DNA from: Candidatus Enterousia sp.
Lineage (GTDB): Bacteria > Pseudomonadota > Alphaproteobacteria > Rs-D84
Assembly (NCBI GenBank): GCA_045593685.1
Contig: JAZNXD010000009.1
Span: 1 to 56,098, forward strand
Length of the DNA: 56,098 nucleotides
Direction of reading: 5' to 3'
Numbering within the stretch: the stretch's first letter is position 1; every line of letters starts with the position of its first letter. Below the pieces are notes generated by a model that searched no databases, was not told the origin of the DNA, and saw nothing but the letters and a program-made list of their open reading frames with translations. The translations under genes were made by a program, and so were the position numbers. Shown piece after piece: positions 38,408 through 49,154 of this stretch.

Positions 38408-40333
38408 TCAAACATAACTTTTAAGCGATATATATATTTGCCCCGGCTCTGTTTTAATCAATGTGGCGCACACCTTGTCGGCATTGTCGGCCTGTTGCGC
38501 CATCGTCATTATCTTGTCAAAACTGCGCACAAATTGTGTTGCCTGGGAACGAAATACCGCATCGTTCTTCATCATGTCGCGAATCTGCTTCTTTTCTGCC
38601 GCGTTCAGCATCTTGGCCAACCATTTTGAAAATATGGTTTTATCCCCGCTGTGATACTTTTTCCAAACGACATCGGGTATTTCTGCGCCAACCGCGCGTG
38701 TTAAATCCATGGACTGCTCGTGCAGTTTTTCAAACATCTTTTCGCTTTGTGCCAAAAAATCTTGGGCGCTAACATGGCCAAAAGATTCCATTGGCGCGGT
38801 CTTGATGGCATCCATTGGCGCAGATGCGCGTGCAACCATCATCTGTTTATTTAATGTTTGCATGGTGTTTACCGCCTTGGCATAGTCACTCATTAAATCT
38901 ATCATTTGCTGACGCGATGCCCCGGCCAGGTCTTCCAATTTAATCGCAGAATCTGAAATGGCGGTTGTGGATTCCGCGACCGTTGCGTTCATCAGATTCA
39001 GTTTTTCGTTCAAACTGGTAACGATTTTTTCTAATGTCTCGCTGGCTTCAACGCTGCCACGGGACAAATCGGGCAGGGCGGAATAATATCTTTCTATCAA
39101 TGCGGACAACGGTTGCAACTGTGCGGTTGTCTCGTTTGACATCTTAATCAGATTTGCAGACTGTCCCGACAGTTGTGTGTGTGCGGTATTCATTTCAATT
39201 AATGTTTCGCGCACGCCCGTCGCCATTGCCTTGACCGATTCCGAAAAGGCGCCTGCTGCGGTCTTGGTGTTTTCCAATGTTGCATTTGCCACGCCCGACA
39301 CAGTCTTTAATTCAGACACCACGCCCGTTGCAAATTCTTTTATTTCGCCATCAAACCGATTGGTTAATGTTGCCAATTCGGTTGAAACGCCGCGTACGGA
39401 TGTTTCGGTTGCGGTTGCGGATGACATTAATGCTTCGACCGCATCGGCCAAACGCTGTGTTTGTTTGTCTATCGAAGTCTCTGCCAAACGTACCTGTCCC
39501 GCGACAACATTTGCCGTATTGGTCAGAGTATTCATTTGTCCGGTTAATTGTTTCTTGGACTGCTTGCCAAATGTGTCTAACTTTTCCAAATACCCATCCA
39601 GCAACCTGTCGTTTCGCACCATTATTTCTTCGTAATTTGCCGCACTGGTTTTCACGTTATTAAATCCTTCTGCTGTCGACTTGCCCAGTTCTTCCAGTGC
39701 AACTTTAATATTGTTGGATTCGGTAACAATATTTTGCATTTGTTTTTCGTTGTTTGAAAATTCATTTTGCAAATGATCGCTCAGGGTCTTACCGCTTTCA
39801 ATCCATGTGTCAATTTGGTTTTGTATGCTGATACTGCGTTCGGAAACTTCTTGCGAAGTTGTGTCAATTTTATCCAATAACGTATTGACTGTATTGCTAA
39901 ATCTGTCGGTTGCGTTTTCTACATCTTTCCACGATTGTGAATCAACCACATTGCCCAAACCCGCAACGGTATTATCCAGTCTACCCGACATCGTGGCCAG
40001 TTTTTTTGTTGCCTCGTCCGCCATTGCAACCAACTGCTCGTTCTGCTCCCCCAGTGCCTGTTTCAATTCATGCGCAGACGCAATTTGCGCGTTCAGTGTA
40101 TCGCGCATCGTTTGAAAACTTTGTTCTATCTTGTTAATTTCGTCGGCCAATATGGTGTTTAATACCCGTGTTGCATCCGCGACTTTTGCGCGCTCGGGCC
40201 GGGTCATAATCATCAATAAAGACTGCATAACCTTTTGCGAACGGCGCGATATCCAAAATAAAGCCACCAATGTAATAAACAGTAATCCGGCAAAAATACC
40301 GCTTATAACCAGCCAAGTTTGTGTGATTTCCAT
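38408..40333 (-). CDS. Membrane-anchored long coiled-coil protein (apolipoprotein-like; possibly TipN-like polar landmark)
   Basis: One N-terminal TM, ~500 aa of heptad-like helix, C-terminal VWKKY..GD...F...FRSQATQFVRSFD domain. Confidence 0.65.
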   Translation of the reverse strand: MEITQTWLVISGIFAGLLFITLVALFWISRRSQKVMQSLLMIMTRPERAKVADATRVLNTILADEINKIEQSFQTMRDTLNAQIASAHELKQALGEQNEQLVAMADEATKKLATMSGRLDNTVAGLGNVVDSQSWKDVENATDRFSNTVNTLLDKIDTTSQEVSERSISIQNQIDTWIESGKTLSDHLQNEFSNNEKQMQNIVTESNNIKVALEELGKSTAEGFNNVKTSAANYEEIMVRNDRLLDGYLEKLDTFGKQSKKQLTGQMNTLTNTANVVAGQVRLAETSIDKQTQRLADAVEALMSSATATETSVRGVSTELATLTNRFDGEIKEFATGVVSELKTVSGVANATLENTKTAAGAFSESVKAMATGVRETLIEMNTAHTQLSGQSANLIKMSNETTAQLQPLSALIERYYSALPDLSRGSVEASETLEKIVTSLNEKLNLMNATVAESTTAISDSAIKLEDLAGASRQQMIDLMSDYAKAVNTMQTLNKQMMVARASAPMDAIKTAPMESFGHVSAQDFLAQSEKMFEKLHEQSMDLTRAVGAEIPDVVWKKYHSGDKTIFSKWLAKMLNAAEKKQIRDMMKNDAVFRSQATQFVRSFDKIMTMAQQADNADKVCATLIKTEPGQIYISLKSYV

Positions 40334-40424
40334 TTTCCTTTTCTCCCTGCGTGTCCCTGCGTTTATAAATCTTGCAGTTGTACTGAATTTATACTAGAAT
40401 TCAGATAATAATGCAAGGGCAGAA

Positions 40425-43043
40425 ATGACAAAAAAAACGATACTTTCACCGGAACAAGATTGTGCGGCAAATCCATTGGAAAACGTATGGGTCCAGGCCA
40501 ACGCCGGCACCGGAAAAACCAGTGTTTTAACCCAGCGTCTGTTGCGTATTTTATTTCGCAGTCCCGACTGTGGCACGTCCGGCATATTGTGTCTAACATA
40601 TACAAATGCGGGGGCGGGCGAAATGCGCAATCGTATTTTGGCTGCCTTGCGCAAATGGGCGCTGGCATCCAATGATGATTTGCGCGAAATGTTGGATGGT
40701 GTCGCGGTTTCGCGTCCTGTAACCGATGCGGATATTGCGCATGCGCGCGAAATTTTCTTTCGGTACATAGATGCCCCTGAAATGTTAAAAATAAAAACCA
40801 TACACGGTTTTTGTGAAGAAATATTACGTCGCTTCCCGATTGAGGCCGGCATATCTCCGTCATGGTCTTTGGTGTCTGATGTAACCCAGCGTATATTATT
40901 ACAGGATACGTTTAACAAAATGATAAATTCGCCCACAACTGATGGACGGGTGTACGACGCTTTCTCGCACATAGTGGGGCGGGTGTCGGAAACATATATG
41001 ACCGACCTGTTGGGGGTGCTAAGTGCACAATACAAGAACTTTTTTCAGATTGAAGACATTGTTAAATATCGCGAATACTTTATTGAGACGACTAAAAAAT
41101 ATCTAAATTTAGAACATGTGAAAAAATGCGAAGCCTCCATCGTGGCGCTGCAAAAAATCATAGATTTGGCCATGGATGACCAAAAAAATGCAAAAAAGCC
41201 GGTAAAGTACCTGGACGAAATTATTAACTTAACAAAACAATATATTGACACGACGATTGATTTTGAAAAATACAAAACCGCGTACTTAACGGCCCAGGGA
41301 ACCCCCAAGACGACCGTTTCAAAAAAAGATTATCTATTGTCCGAAATGGAACGTGTATATAATTTAAACCAACAAAACGCAAATGAAACCTTGTTTATGG
41401 ATACGGTTGCATTATTTGATTTGTCTGCGGCCTTTGCCACGGCATATAAACACGAAAAACGCGCGCGAAACCTGCTTGATTTTGAAGATTTGATTTTATA
41501 TACACGTAAATTGTTTTCTGATTCTGCAACCATGGGGTGGGTGCTGTCCCAACTGGACCTTTCTTTGTCGCATATATTGGTCGATGAAGCCCAGGACACA
41601 TCACCACTTCAATGGGATATTTTACGTATGCTGTCGGGTGAATTCTTTACCGAAGGCGACACGGGCGATATGCCACACTCGCTGTTTGTTGTTGGGGATA
41701 CGAAACAATCTATCTATGGCTTTCAGGGTGCAGACCCTAATGCTTTTGCGCGCAGCCGCAATGAAATATCTGCGCACATTACAAATAACGTTCGCACAAT
41801 ACGTGAAGTGCCCCTGGCGCAAAGTTTTCGCTCTACGGCGCCCGTATTACATACTGTGGATCGTTTTTTTGCGGACGCGGGCGTTATTGCGGTCTCTGAC
41901 TTTGCCAATAATCCGCATAAATGTTTCCGGACTGATGCGCGTGGTGCGGTTGAAATACACCGACTGGTTTCCAAACAGGAATCTGATACAGATGTACGCG
42001 AATATATAAAACAAATTGCCGACAGAATCCAAGAATTAATCGAATCTGGCACATACGCCGCACGTGACATAATGGTATTGGTTCAACAGCGAAATCCCAT
42101 GGCGGCCCCATTGACATACGAATTAAAGGTGCGCAACATCGCCGTCGCGGGCAGCGACCGAATAGTATTGCCGGATTTTCCGGCCGTACGCGACATGCTG
42201 AACTTGCTGCGTTGGTGTCTTAATCCGGCCGACGATTACAGTTTATGTTGCGTTTTAAAAAGTCCAATTTTCTATTTGACGGAACGTGATATTTTTAATT
42301 TGTGCAATCTGCGAAACGCCGAAAATTCTGCACGTCGTCGCATTGATAAAAATGCGCCCAAAATATCTGTATACCAAATATTGCAGGATGCGTTCCCTCA
42401 AATTTACACGCGTTTGGCCGATATCAAAACACGTTCTGAAACCGACGCGCCATATTCGTTCTTTTCGCATATATTAAATTCGGAAAACACACGGCTTAGA
42501 TTTATATCCGCCCTGGGGGACCAGGTCATAGATCCACTTGAAGAATTTATGACAATCTGTCTGTCATATGAACGCACCCAGCCCGGCACATTGCGCGAAT
42601 TTATAAAGTGGTTCATAACCGGCGCCTGCGAAATTAAACGAGATATGGATGCGTCGCATGGCGTTCGTATCGTTACCGTTCATGGCAGCAAGGGCCTGGA
42701 AGCGCCCGTGGTATTTTTAATCGATACCGTCCGCACGCCTAAGTCTGAAAACATTTTGCCAATTTCTTCCCGGCCCGATATGCCGGTTTGGCTGTGGGCA
42801 CCACGTGGCGACGCCAGTGAACATCGCGCAAACGCATCTGCGGATTTGGAACGCGTACGTATGGCGGAATATTATCGTCTGTTGTACGTCGCCATGACAC
42901 GTGCGCGTGACGAACTGTACATATACGGATACACCCCACACAAGAACGCCACACCAAACGCATGGCACAGCCAGTTGTGGCGGGTATTGGCGGGCAACAC
43001 ACCAAATGAACATATACGGATAACAAATGACAACATTGCATAA
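40425..43043 (+). CDS. addA: AddA helicase portion (UvrD-family)
   Basis: VWVQANAGTGKTSVLTQR, CLTYTNAGAGEM, TIHGFC, LVDEAQDTS, VGDTKQSIYGFQGA, TVHGSKGLE, RLLYVAMTRARD. Confidence 0.9.
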   Translation: MTKKTILSPEQDCAANPLENVWVQANAGTGKTSVLTQRLLRILFRSPDCGTSGILCLTYTNAGAGEMRNRILAALRKWALASNDDLREMLDGVAVSRPVTDADIAHAREIFFRYIDAPEMLKIKTIHGFCEEILRRFPIEAGISPSWSLVSDVTQRILLQDTFNKMINSPTTDGRVYDAFSHIVGRVSETYMTDLLGVLSAQYKNFFQIEDIVKYREYFIETTKKYLNLEHVKKCEASIVALQKIIDLAMDDQKNAKKPVKYLDEIINLTKQYIDTTIDFEKYKTAYLTAQGTPKTTVSKKDYLLSEMERVYNLNQQNANETLFMDTVALFDLSAAFATAYKHEKRARNLLDFEDLILYTRKLFSDSATMGWVLSQLDLSLSHILVDEAQDTSPLQWDILRMLSGEFFTEGDTGDMPHSLFVVGDTKQSIYGFQGADPNAFARSRNEISAHITNNVRTIREVPLAQSFRSTAPVLHTVDRFFADAGVIAVSDFANNPHKCFRTDARGAVEIHRLVSKQESDTDVREYIKQIADRIQELIESGTYAARDIMVLVQQRNPMAAPLTYELKVRNIAVAGSDRIVLPDFPAVRDMLNLLRWCLNPADDYSLCCVLKSPIFYLTERDIFNLCNLRNAENSARRRIDKNAPKISVYQILQDAFPQIYTRLADIKTRSETDAPYSFFSHILNSENTRLRFISALGDQVIDPLEEFMTICLSYERTQPGTLREFIKWFITGACEIKRDMDASHGVRIVTVHGSKGLEAPVVFLIDTVRTPKSENILPISSRPDMPVWLWAPRGDASEHRANASADLERVRMAEYYRLLYVAMTRARDELYIYGYTPHKNATPNAWHSQLWRVLAGNTPNEHIRITNDNIA

Positions 43044-43482
43044 TATTTTACAGCGCACCGAACGCACCCGTTTTGCAACCGATACGGGCCGCCAAATGCA
43101 TCGCAAATTGCAAAGGATTGTGATATCGGACACGTATTCTACGGGCGACCAAGATTTAATAGAACGTATTTGTGCCACGCCGCATTTGGCTAATTTCTTT
43201 TCACCGCTATCCCGGACCGAGGTTCCCATAGCCGGCACCATAAACAACCGTTTTATCAGTCGTCGCATCGACCGCATGATCACAGATGACACGGCGCATA
43301 CAATCATGGTGTTGGATTATAAAACGGACGTCAATCCGGACACTTATCGTCAAAAATATATCGATCAGGTTAATGAATACGTTCAATTATTACATGCCGT
43401 ATATCCGAACTATGAAATAACCGGTTATATTTTATGGACGCATGATTTTTTACTGGAAAAACTGCCGGTCATGCGGTTATAA
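43027..43482 (+). CDS. RecB-family PD-(D/E)XK nuclease, the detached C-terminal domain of AddA
   Basis: G..MHRKLQ, TEVPIAG, RRIDR, VLDYKT, QVNEY. Confidence 0.85.
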   Translation: MTTLHNILQRTERTRFATDTGRQMHRKLQRIVISDTYSTGDQDLIERICATPHLANFFSPLSRTEVPIAGTINNRFISRRIDRMITDDTAHTIMVLDYKTDVNPDTYRQKYIDQVNEYVQLLHAVYPNYEITGYILWTHDFLLEKLPVMRL

Positions 43483-43489
43483 TCCGTAC

Positions 43490-45142
43490 ATGTTAATTAA
43501 TCTAAGCATATCTAATATTGTATTAATAGAACGCCTGAATTTGGAATTTGGGGCGGGGTTAAACATCCTTACCGGGGAAACGGGCGCGGGGAAAAGTATT
43601 TTAATGGACGCGCTGTCATTGGCGTTGGGGGCGCGGTTCGACGTGGGCCTGGTACGTCATGGATGTGACATGGCATCTGTTGTTGCAATGTTTGATTGCG
43701 TACCCGCCACCGTACATGATTTATTGAATGAAAACGGTATAGATATATCAGACGGTTTAATTTTGCGCCGCACATTGGGCATTGATGGCAAGAGCAGGGC
43801 CTGGATAAACGATACGCCCGTGTCGATAAAAACGCTTAAAACGGTTGGCGATTCATTGGTTGAAATTCATGGTCAGTTTGCAAATCATGCTCTGTTAAAT
43901 CAATCGACCCATCGTCCGACCCTGGATACATTTGCCCAAAATAACATCCCTGATTTTTCAAAAATGTTGTTGGCTGCGCGGGATGCTTATACACGTTATC
44001 GTGATGCGACGCATCGCCTGGATGAATTGCGTGACATGCTGGAACGCAGTGCCACCGAACGCGAATTCTTGGAACACAACGTTGCAGAATTAAGCGCATT
44101 AGACGTCCAACCCGGCGAAGAAGAAGATTTGGCCACACGCCGTACAAACATGATGAACACGGAAAAGAATCGTGCCATATTGACCGAAGCGCTTGAATCC
44201 CTGGCACCGCGCGGCAATTCCATTGATGCGCAGTTATTTGCCGTGGCGCACATCCTGCAAAGAATCAAGGGCGACGAAAACCCATACTCGGAACAGATTG
44301 ATAAATTATACGATATTGCAGAATCCGTGGCACAAATTGCACAAAGTTTGGAACCCGATTCCGCGGACATTGACAGTATGGACGAAATCGAAGAACGTTT
44401 GTTCGCCATACGCGCCGCGGCACGCAAACATCGTGTTTGTGCGGATGAATTGCCGGCGCTGTTGGAAAAGATGTCTTCACAACTGGATGCGATTGATAAT
44501 TCTGATGCCGAATTAAAGAAATTAACAACCATGGTTGATCTGTATCGTGGTGAATTTGACACCGCCGCCACCGAATTGCACAACGCGCGCGTTCGTGCCG
44601 GTGACATGTTACGGACGCGACTGTTATCAGAATTACCGGATTTAAAATTAGGCTCGGCAGATTTTATGACGGAAATATCACCAATCGCCCCCACATCAAA
44701 CGGCGCAGATGACGTCACATTTATGCTAAGAACAAATCCCGGTTCTCCGTTTGCGCCATTGCATCGGTCGGCATCCGGTGGCGAATTGGCGCGTTTAATG
44801 CTGGCGATGCGTGTTGTTTTGGCGGGCACAGATGACGTTTGTACATTTGTATTCGATGAAATTGATACGGGCATCAGTGGCGCGACCGCATCGGCGGTTG
44901 GTGCACGTTTAAACCGATTGGCATCTAAATCCCAGGCATTGGTTATAACCCACTCGGCCCAGGTCGCAGGATACGCAGACCGGCACTTTAAAATTGCCAA
45001 GTCGGTACATGATAACACAACCACCACAGACGTGCGCGAAATCTTGTCCGACGAACGAATAAATGAAATCGCCCGTATAATCAGTGGCGCCGAAATTACG
45101 CCCGAATCTATTACAATGGCAAAAACACTGATTAAGGAATAG
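43490..45142 (+). CDS. recN: DNA repair protein RecN
   Basis: LTGETGAGKS, VEIHGQ, TNPG, ASGGELARLML, FDEIDTG, ITHSAQVA. Confidence 0.96.
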   Translation: MLINLSISNIVLIERLNLEFGAGLNILTGETGAGKSILMDALSLALGARFDVGLVRHGCDMASVVAMFDCVPATVHDLLNENGIDISDGLILRRTLGIDGKSRAWINDTPVSIKTLKTVGDSLVEIHGQFANHALLNQSTHRPTLDTFAQNNIPDFSKMLLAARDAYTRYRDATHRLDELRDMLERSATEREFLEHNVAELSALDVQPGEEEDLATRRTNMMNTEKNRAILTEALESLAPRGNSIDAQLFAVAHILQRIKGDENPYSEQIDKLYDIAESVAQIAQSLEPDSADIDSMDEIEERLFAIRAAARKHRVCADELPALLEKMSSQLDAIDNSDAELKKLTTMVDLYRGEFDTAATELHNARVRAGDMLRTRLLSELPDLKLGSADFMTEISPIAPTSNGADDVTFMLRTNPGSPFAPLHRSASGGELARLMLAMRVVLAGTDDVCTFVFDEIDTGISGATASAVGARLNRLASKSQALVITHSAQVAGYADRHFKIAKSVHDNTTTTDVREILSDERINEIARIISGAEITPESITMAKTLIKE

Positions 45143-45184
45143 GGCGCAATATGCAAAAAACAACCCGCCATTTTGGCGGGTATT

Positions 45185-46447
45185 TTATTCTTCACTTGAC
45201 GTCGTTGGCGCTGTGTTCCCCAACATGCATGCAACAAAATCCTTTGGCGCGGTCATGGTCCAGCATTGCTTGTCTGCTGTCTCGCCCTCGTGCATGCCAT
45301 ATTTCATTTGATTTTGATTCAATACATCGGCTTCTTTGCATGAACAATCGGTTTCATCAAAATACTTTCCAACCTCGCATTTTATGCACTTGCCCATATT
45401 ATCGCCAATAACATTACATACGCCATTTTTCACCGCTGGTTCATCGCATTGAATGCAATTCATGTTTTCATCCAGACCCTGTGCCCCATCCTTGCAAACA
45501 AAGGCACTGCACAAACCATTTGGCACTTTTTTATGTTTGTCCTTATTAAATTTAGATTCATAGGCCGCGCAAAACTTTTCGGTTCCACACTGATTTGATG
45601 AAACGCGACAATCACTGCCATTTGTGTAACCCTGGGCACACAAGGTCTTCTTCATCCCACCCGATGCCTTCTGTCCGCTAATACTGCCATAGTCCTTATC
45701 GCCAACCGCCCCCAAAATCATGGGTGTAACAACAATGCCGTGCTCTTTGAATTCAATCGCCCCCAAAACAATCTGATGCCAATAGCGCTCGCCTATGGCG
45801 GTCGAATCAAAAATGGCTATATTTTCTGCAACCCCCATACGTCCATAATGCATCTTAATGGCATCATTTATCTTTGGGCCATAAAGACTTTGTGAACGTT
45901 TTGCATTAATTTCGGCCACATAGTTTGTCGTATCACAGGAATGATTTACATTTGATTTTTCTTTGCACTCAATCCCATCCCAGCCAGGTTCACAAAACCA
46001 TGCGCATGGCAATCCAGGCCAATTCGGCTGTTGATACTGAATATAAAAAGTTCCCGACGACGAATTCGTGTGAATTTGGGTCAAACAAAATTCCGCGCCA
46101 TGTTCGGCAACATTTTTTCGCGCAACCATGGCAATAATTCCACTGTCTCCCTTTTTGCCGTCTCCGTAACCAACATTCCAAACCGGTCCCCCATAATTTT
46201 GCGACTCTCTATTCGTATCAATGTTGCCACAACAAACCTTACCTGGTCCTTTTATGCGAAACCCATTAGGGGCAAAATTTTCATCAGACCTGTCCTGAAT
46301 AAAATCCTTGTTAATTTTTGGCCGTCCCCACGCCGTTAATACAGTTTCAGTCACATTGGGAACCGTATCGGTATAATCATACACCCCCGCATTCCCCACG
46401 GCGGGGCACAAAGATAAACACATACAAAACAATACCAAACGCTTCAT
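45185..46447 (-). CDS. Cys-rich secreted protein
   Basis: Signal peptide (MKRLVLFCMCLSLCPAVGNA); CAWFCEPGWDG..C EGF-like segment and Cys-rich C-terminal half. Confidence 0.78.
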   Translation of the reverse strand: MKRLVLFCMCLSLCPAVGNAGVYDYTDTVPNVTETVLTAWGRPKINKDFIQDRSDENFAPNGFRIKGPGKVCCGNIDTNRESQNYGGPVWNVGYGDGKKGDSGIIAMVARKNVAEHGAEFCLTQIHTNSSSGTFYIQYQQPNWPGLPCAWFCEPGWDGIECKEKSNVNHSCDTTNYVAEINAKRSQSLYGPKINDAIKMHYGRMGVAENIAIFDSTAIGERYWHQIVLGAIEFKEHGIVVTPMILGAVGDKDYGSISGQKASGGMKKTLCAQGYTNGSDCRVSSNQCGTEKFCAAYESKFNKDKHKKVPNGLCSAFVCKDGAQGLDENMNCIQCDEPAVKNGVCNVIGDNMGKCIKCEVGKYFDETDCSCKEADVLNQNQMKYGMHEGETADKQCWTMTAPKDFVACMLGNTAPTTSSEE

Positions 46448-46456
46448 ATTACAAAC

Positions 46457-49045
46457 CTATCTTTTTATATAACAATGCTTCTCAGACTCAACATAATATC
46501 CGCCCGCCATACGACAGCGATAACTGTACCACGCATCTGACAATTCACAGGTTCGGGTTGTTTCATTATAGACACCAGCGGTTTCCCCAACGCCAGCCAG
46601 CTGTTTTTGCATATTGCACCACTGACGAAGGGACGGTATTGTGCATACACCATACCCCAAGGAACGAATACCGCCATTATCAGACGTGCCCTGTGTTACG
46701 CTTTCACCGGCCCGACTGCCGCTTTCTAATATCAGTTTATACCCATAAACACCTGTTTGTGCCAACTGTTTTAATTCTGCTTCGCCACCAAATACATTTT
46801 TTAGCCATGTCGGAGAAACGCTAACCTCGGGGTTGTTTTCATCATCAAAGGCCAGTCCTGTTTCATCAAACACCACCGTGCCATCCGCCGTAACTGCATA
46901 ACACTCATTTCGCATTGTTACAGTAATTTGTTCGCGTATAGAATCCAACGTCCTGTTTATGGTCTCTCTAACTTCGGCGGCTTGCTCGCCTAATTTTTCC
47001 AATTTTTCATCTGTACTGCCCGTAATTTCATCCTTGTCGGGATCGGCGCAATTTCGTACGGCAAAATCCACAATGTCCGTCTTGATGGATGCCAGGCTGC
47101 GCTTTCTGCATCCCCATGGGAAAGTCTTGCCTTCATCCCCCGCGGTTGGGGCGCACAATGTTTGAACATAGTTTGTCAAAGCGTCCGCACAACCTTCGGC
47201 GACACGAACATTATCAACCGTATCAACAAACGCCAACAGCGCCGTCAATCCACAACGGCCGGCCGTATCCTTTCCGTTTCCGGACTGCAATACGCCATTT
47301 CCGTCAAACGTACATCCTTCGGTATCTCCATACAGCGACGCACACGCAATAACCTTGTCCGCACACATTTGTTTCGCAGCATAGGCCACGGCCGCACCGC
47401 TGGCCTGCGCCTTGGTTGTATCTGCATCCTTTAATGCATTTGTGTTCGTATCATAACATTCGGCCATTGTCGAAACGCACGTACCTTTAACTTCTTCTAT
47501 CTTTTCATCCTGGGCCTGGGCGATTTCAATTAACGCGGCACGTTTAAATTCGGACCACACGGTATCAGAAATATCACGACATGTGTCCAGGGCCTGATTT
47601 GCGAACATCTTGCGCCCGTCCAGGAAATCATTAAACTCACGATTTTGCACCAAGACATCACTGCTTTCGCCATCCAACTTAATCAAATTTGTTAATTGAA
47701 ACAGACGTTGGGAATAAATCGGATCGCCGGTCTGTTGATTAATGTACACCCCTGTATAGTCTAAACAGCGTCTATACCCCTTGCCACACGCCGTATCAAC
47801 CAACATCGCACTGCGCACACGATCCAAACACTCGTTCACATCCTGGGAATTATGGGCACGATAGTCTTCCAAACGTGCCTGGCGCAGAATTTTTTCCGCC
47901 TGACGAACGGTCGATTTTACCTGTTCACGTTTTGCGTTCAAACTTTTTTCATACGCATTACAATCCTGGGTAATTAATATCCCATATGAACTTTTGGACA
48001 TATTAAATGCGGCCTCGGACTCGCAACTATTGCCAACCATTGCCCGACATTGCTGATCGACCGCCTTGTACAAGGCTTCGCCTTCCAAATTGGACAGGTT
48101 TTGACCGCCACCCGATGAAAAGATAGAAGAGGTGCCACCACCAAAGGCATCACCACCACCGCCCCAAATATCGCCCAAATCTGTTGAAAAATCCAAAGAC
48201 AACACGCCCATTGAAGTCGAAGACGCAACCCCAGATGTGCTTGTTTTTATCTTGCCCGATAACAAATCTCCAATTTCGTTCAGAATACTTTGTGCGCCAC
48301 TGGTATCATTTCTAATCGCGGCTTCGCCAACCGTGGCGGTATACATTGCGCCAACTTCGGCCGCGGTTTTATCGACCGCATTTAAATTATTGTCTTCAAA
48401 AGATTGTAACAACACCTTGGCCTGATCCAGTGCTTCCTCTGTTCGGCGAAAATCCGTAAAACGAGAACTGCAAAAACAACGACGATATGTTTCATTTGCC
48501 TTGCCGCAAAATTGATCCATGCATGTTGCATACGAATCGCGACACTGCGAATATCCACCACCTATCTTGGACACATCATCAAACAACGCCGTCGCACGTG
48601 CCACAGATGCACGTACCAGTGGCGCTTTCCTTATCTTTTTTGTGGTTCCACTGCGACCATTTGAAATATTTCCCGTCGACACAACCGCACTGCGCACCGC
48701 GCTGCGCGACAATGGGGTCGCCGCACGCGAAACCGCTGCAGAATCACGTCCGCCACCAACACTTGCCTTTTGTGGTGCCATTACCGTTCTTGCCACTGTT
48801 CGTGCGCCCGTCGCCCGGCGATCAACAGATGTTTTTTCACCACGCCCATTAACGGATGCAACATGTCGTACCGTCGAACGGGATGTGTTTTTTTCTGAAA
48901 CGCTTTGTACATCACGATTATCACGTCCCACCTGCAGGGCCGACCTTGGATTTGGTGCCATATCGCCCAAAGCCACCGTCCCCGTGAATAACACAGCCGA
49001 CACGCCTATCACAAACTTAGATAAAGAGTCAAATTTTTTGTACAA
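46457..49045 (-). CDS. Large secreted Cys-rich protein, paralog of 2..3988
   Basis: GGAGAG RBS with TTG start; signal peptide; R/S/A low-complexity region; helical Cys-rich core. Confidence 0.78.
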   Translation of the reverse strand: MYKKFDSLSKFVIGVSAVLFTGTVALGDMAPNPRSALQVGRDNRDVQSVSEKNTSRSTVRHVASVNGRGEKTSVDRRATGARTVARTVMAPQKASVGGGRDSAAVSRAATPLSRSAVRSAVVSTGNISNGRSGTTKKIRKAPLVRASVARATALFDDVSKIGGGYSQCRDSYATCMDQFCGKANETYRRCFCSSRFTDFRRTEEALDQAKVLLQSFEDNNLNAVDKTAAEVGAMYTATVGEAAIRNDTSGAQSILNEIGDLLSGKIKTSTSGVASSTSMGVLSLDFSTDLGDIWGGGGDAFGGGTSSIFSSGGGQNLSNLEGEALYKAVDQQCRAMVGNSCESEAAFNMSKSSYGILITQDCNAYEKSLNAKREQVKSTVRQAEKILRQARLEDYRAHNSQDVNECLDRVRSAMLVDTACGKGYRRCLDYTGVYINQQTGDPIYSQRLFQLTNLIKLDGESSDVLVQNREFNDFLDGRKMFANQALDTCRDISDTVWSEFKRAALIEIAQAQDEKIEEVKGTCVSTMAECYDTNTNALKDADTTKAQASGAAVAYAAKQMCADKVIACASLYGDTEGCTFDGNGVLQSGNGKDTAGRCGLTALLAFVDTVDNVRVAEGCADALTNYVQTLCAPTAGDEGKTFPWGCRKRSLASIKTDIVDFAVRNCADPDKDEITGSTDEKLEKLGEQAAEVRETINRTLDSIREQITVTMRNECYAVTADGTVVFDETGLAFDDENNPEVSVSPTWLKNVFGGEAELKQLAQTGVYGYKLILESGSRAGESVTQGTSDNGGIRSLGYGVCTIPSLRQWCNMQKQLAGVGETAGVYNETTRTCELSDAWYSYRCRMAGGYYVESEKHCYIKR

Positions 49046-49154
49046 AACATCTCTCCGCTACGGACATTATAACCAATTTTGCCTGTATAACACAACACAA
49101 AATTCATCATTTCCTTTCTTATTTTAAAATTGTACACAATTTGGGATTTTCGGG

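Noticed and set aside
43996-45237. 413-aa antisense ORF, and similar antisense ORFs over recG, accDA, rpoD, tsaD and dnaK
   Set aside because: Shadow frames of well-supported genes, with no motifs or translation signals.
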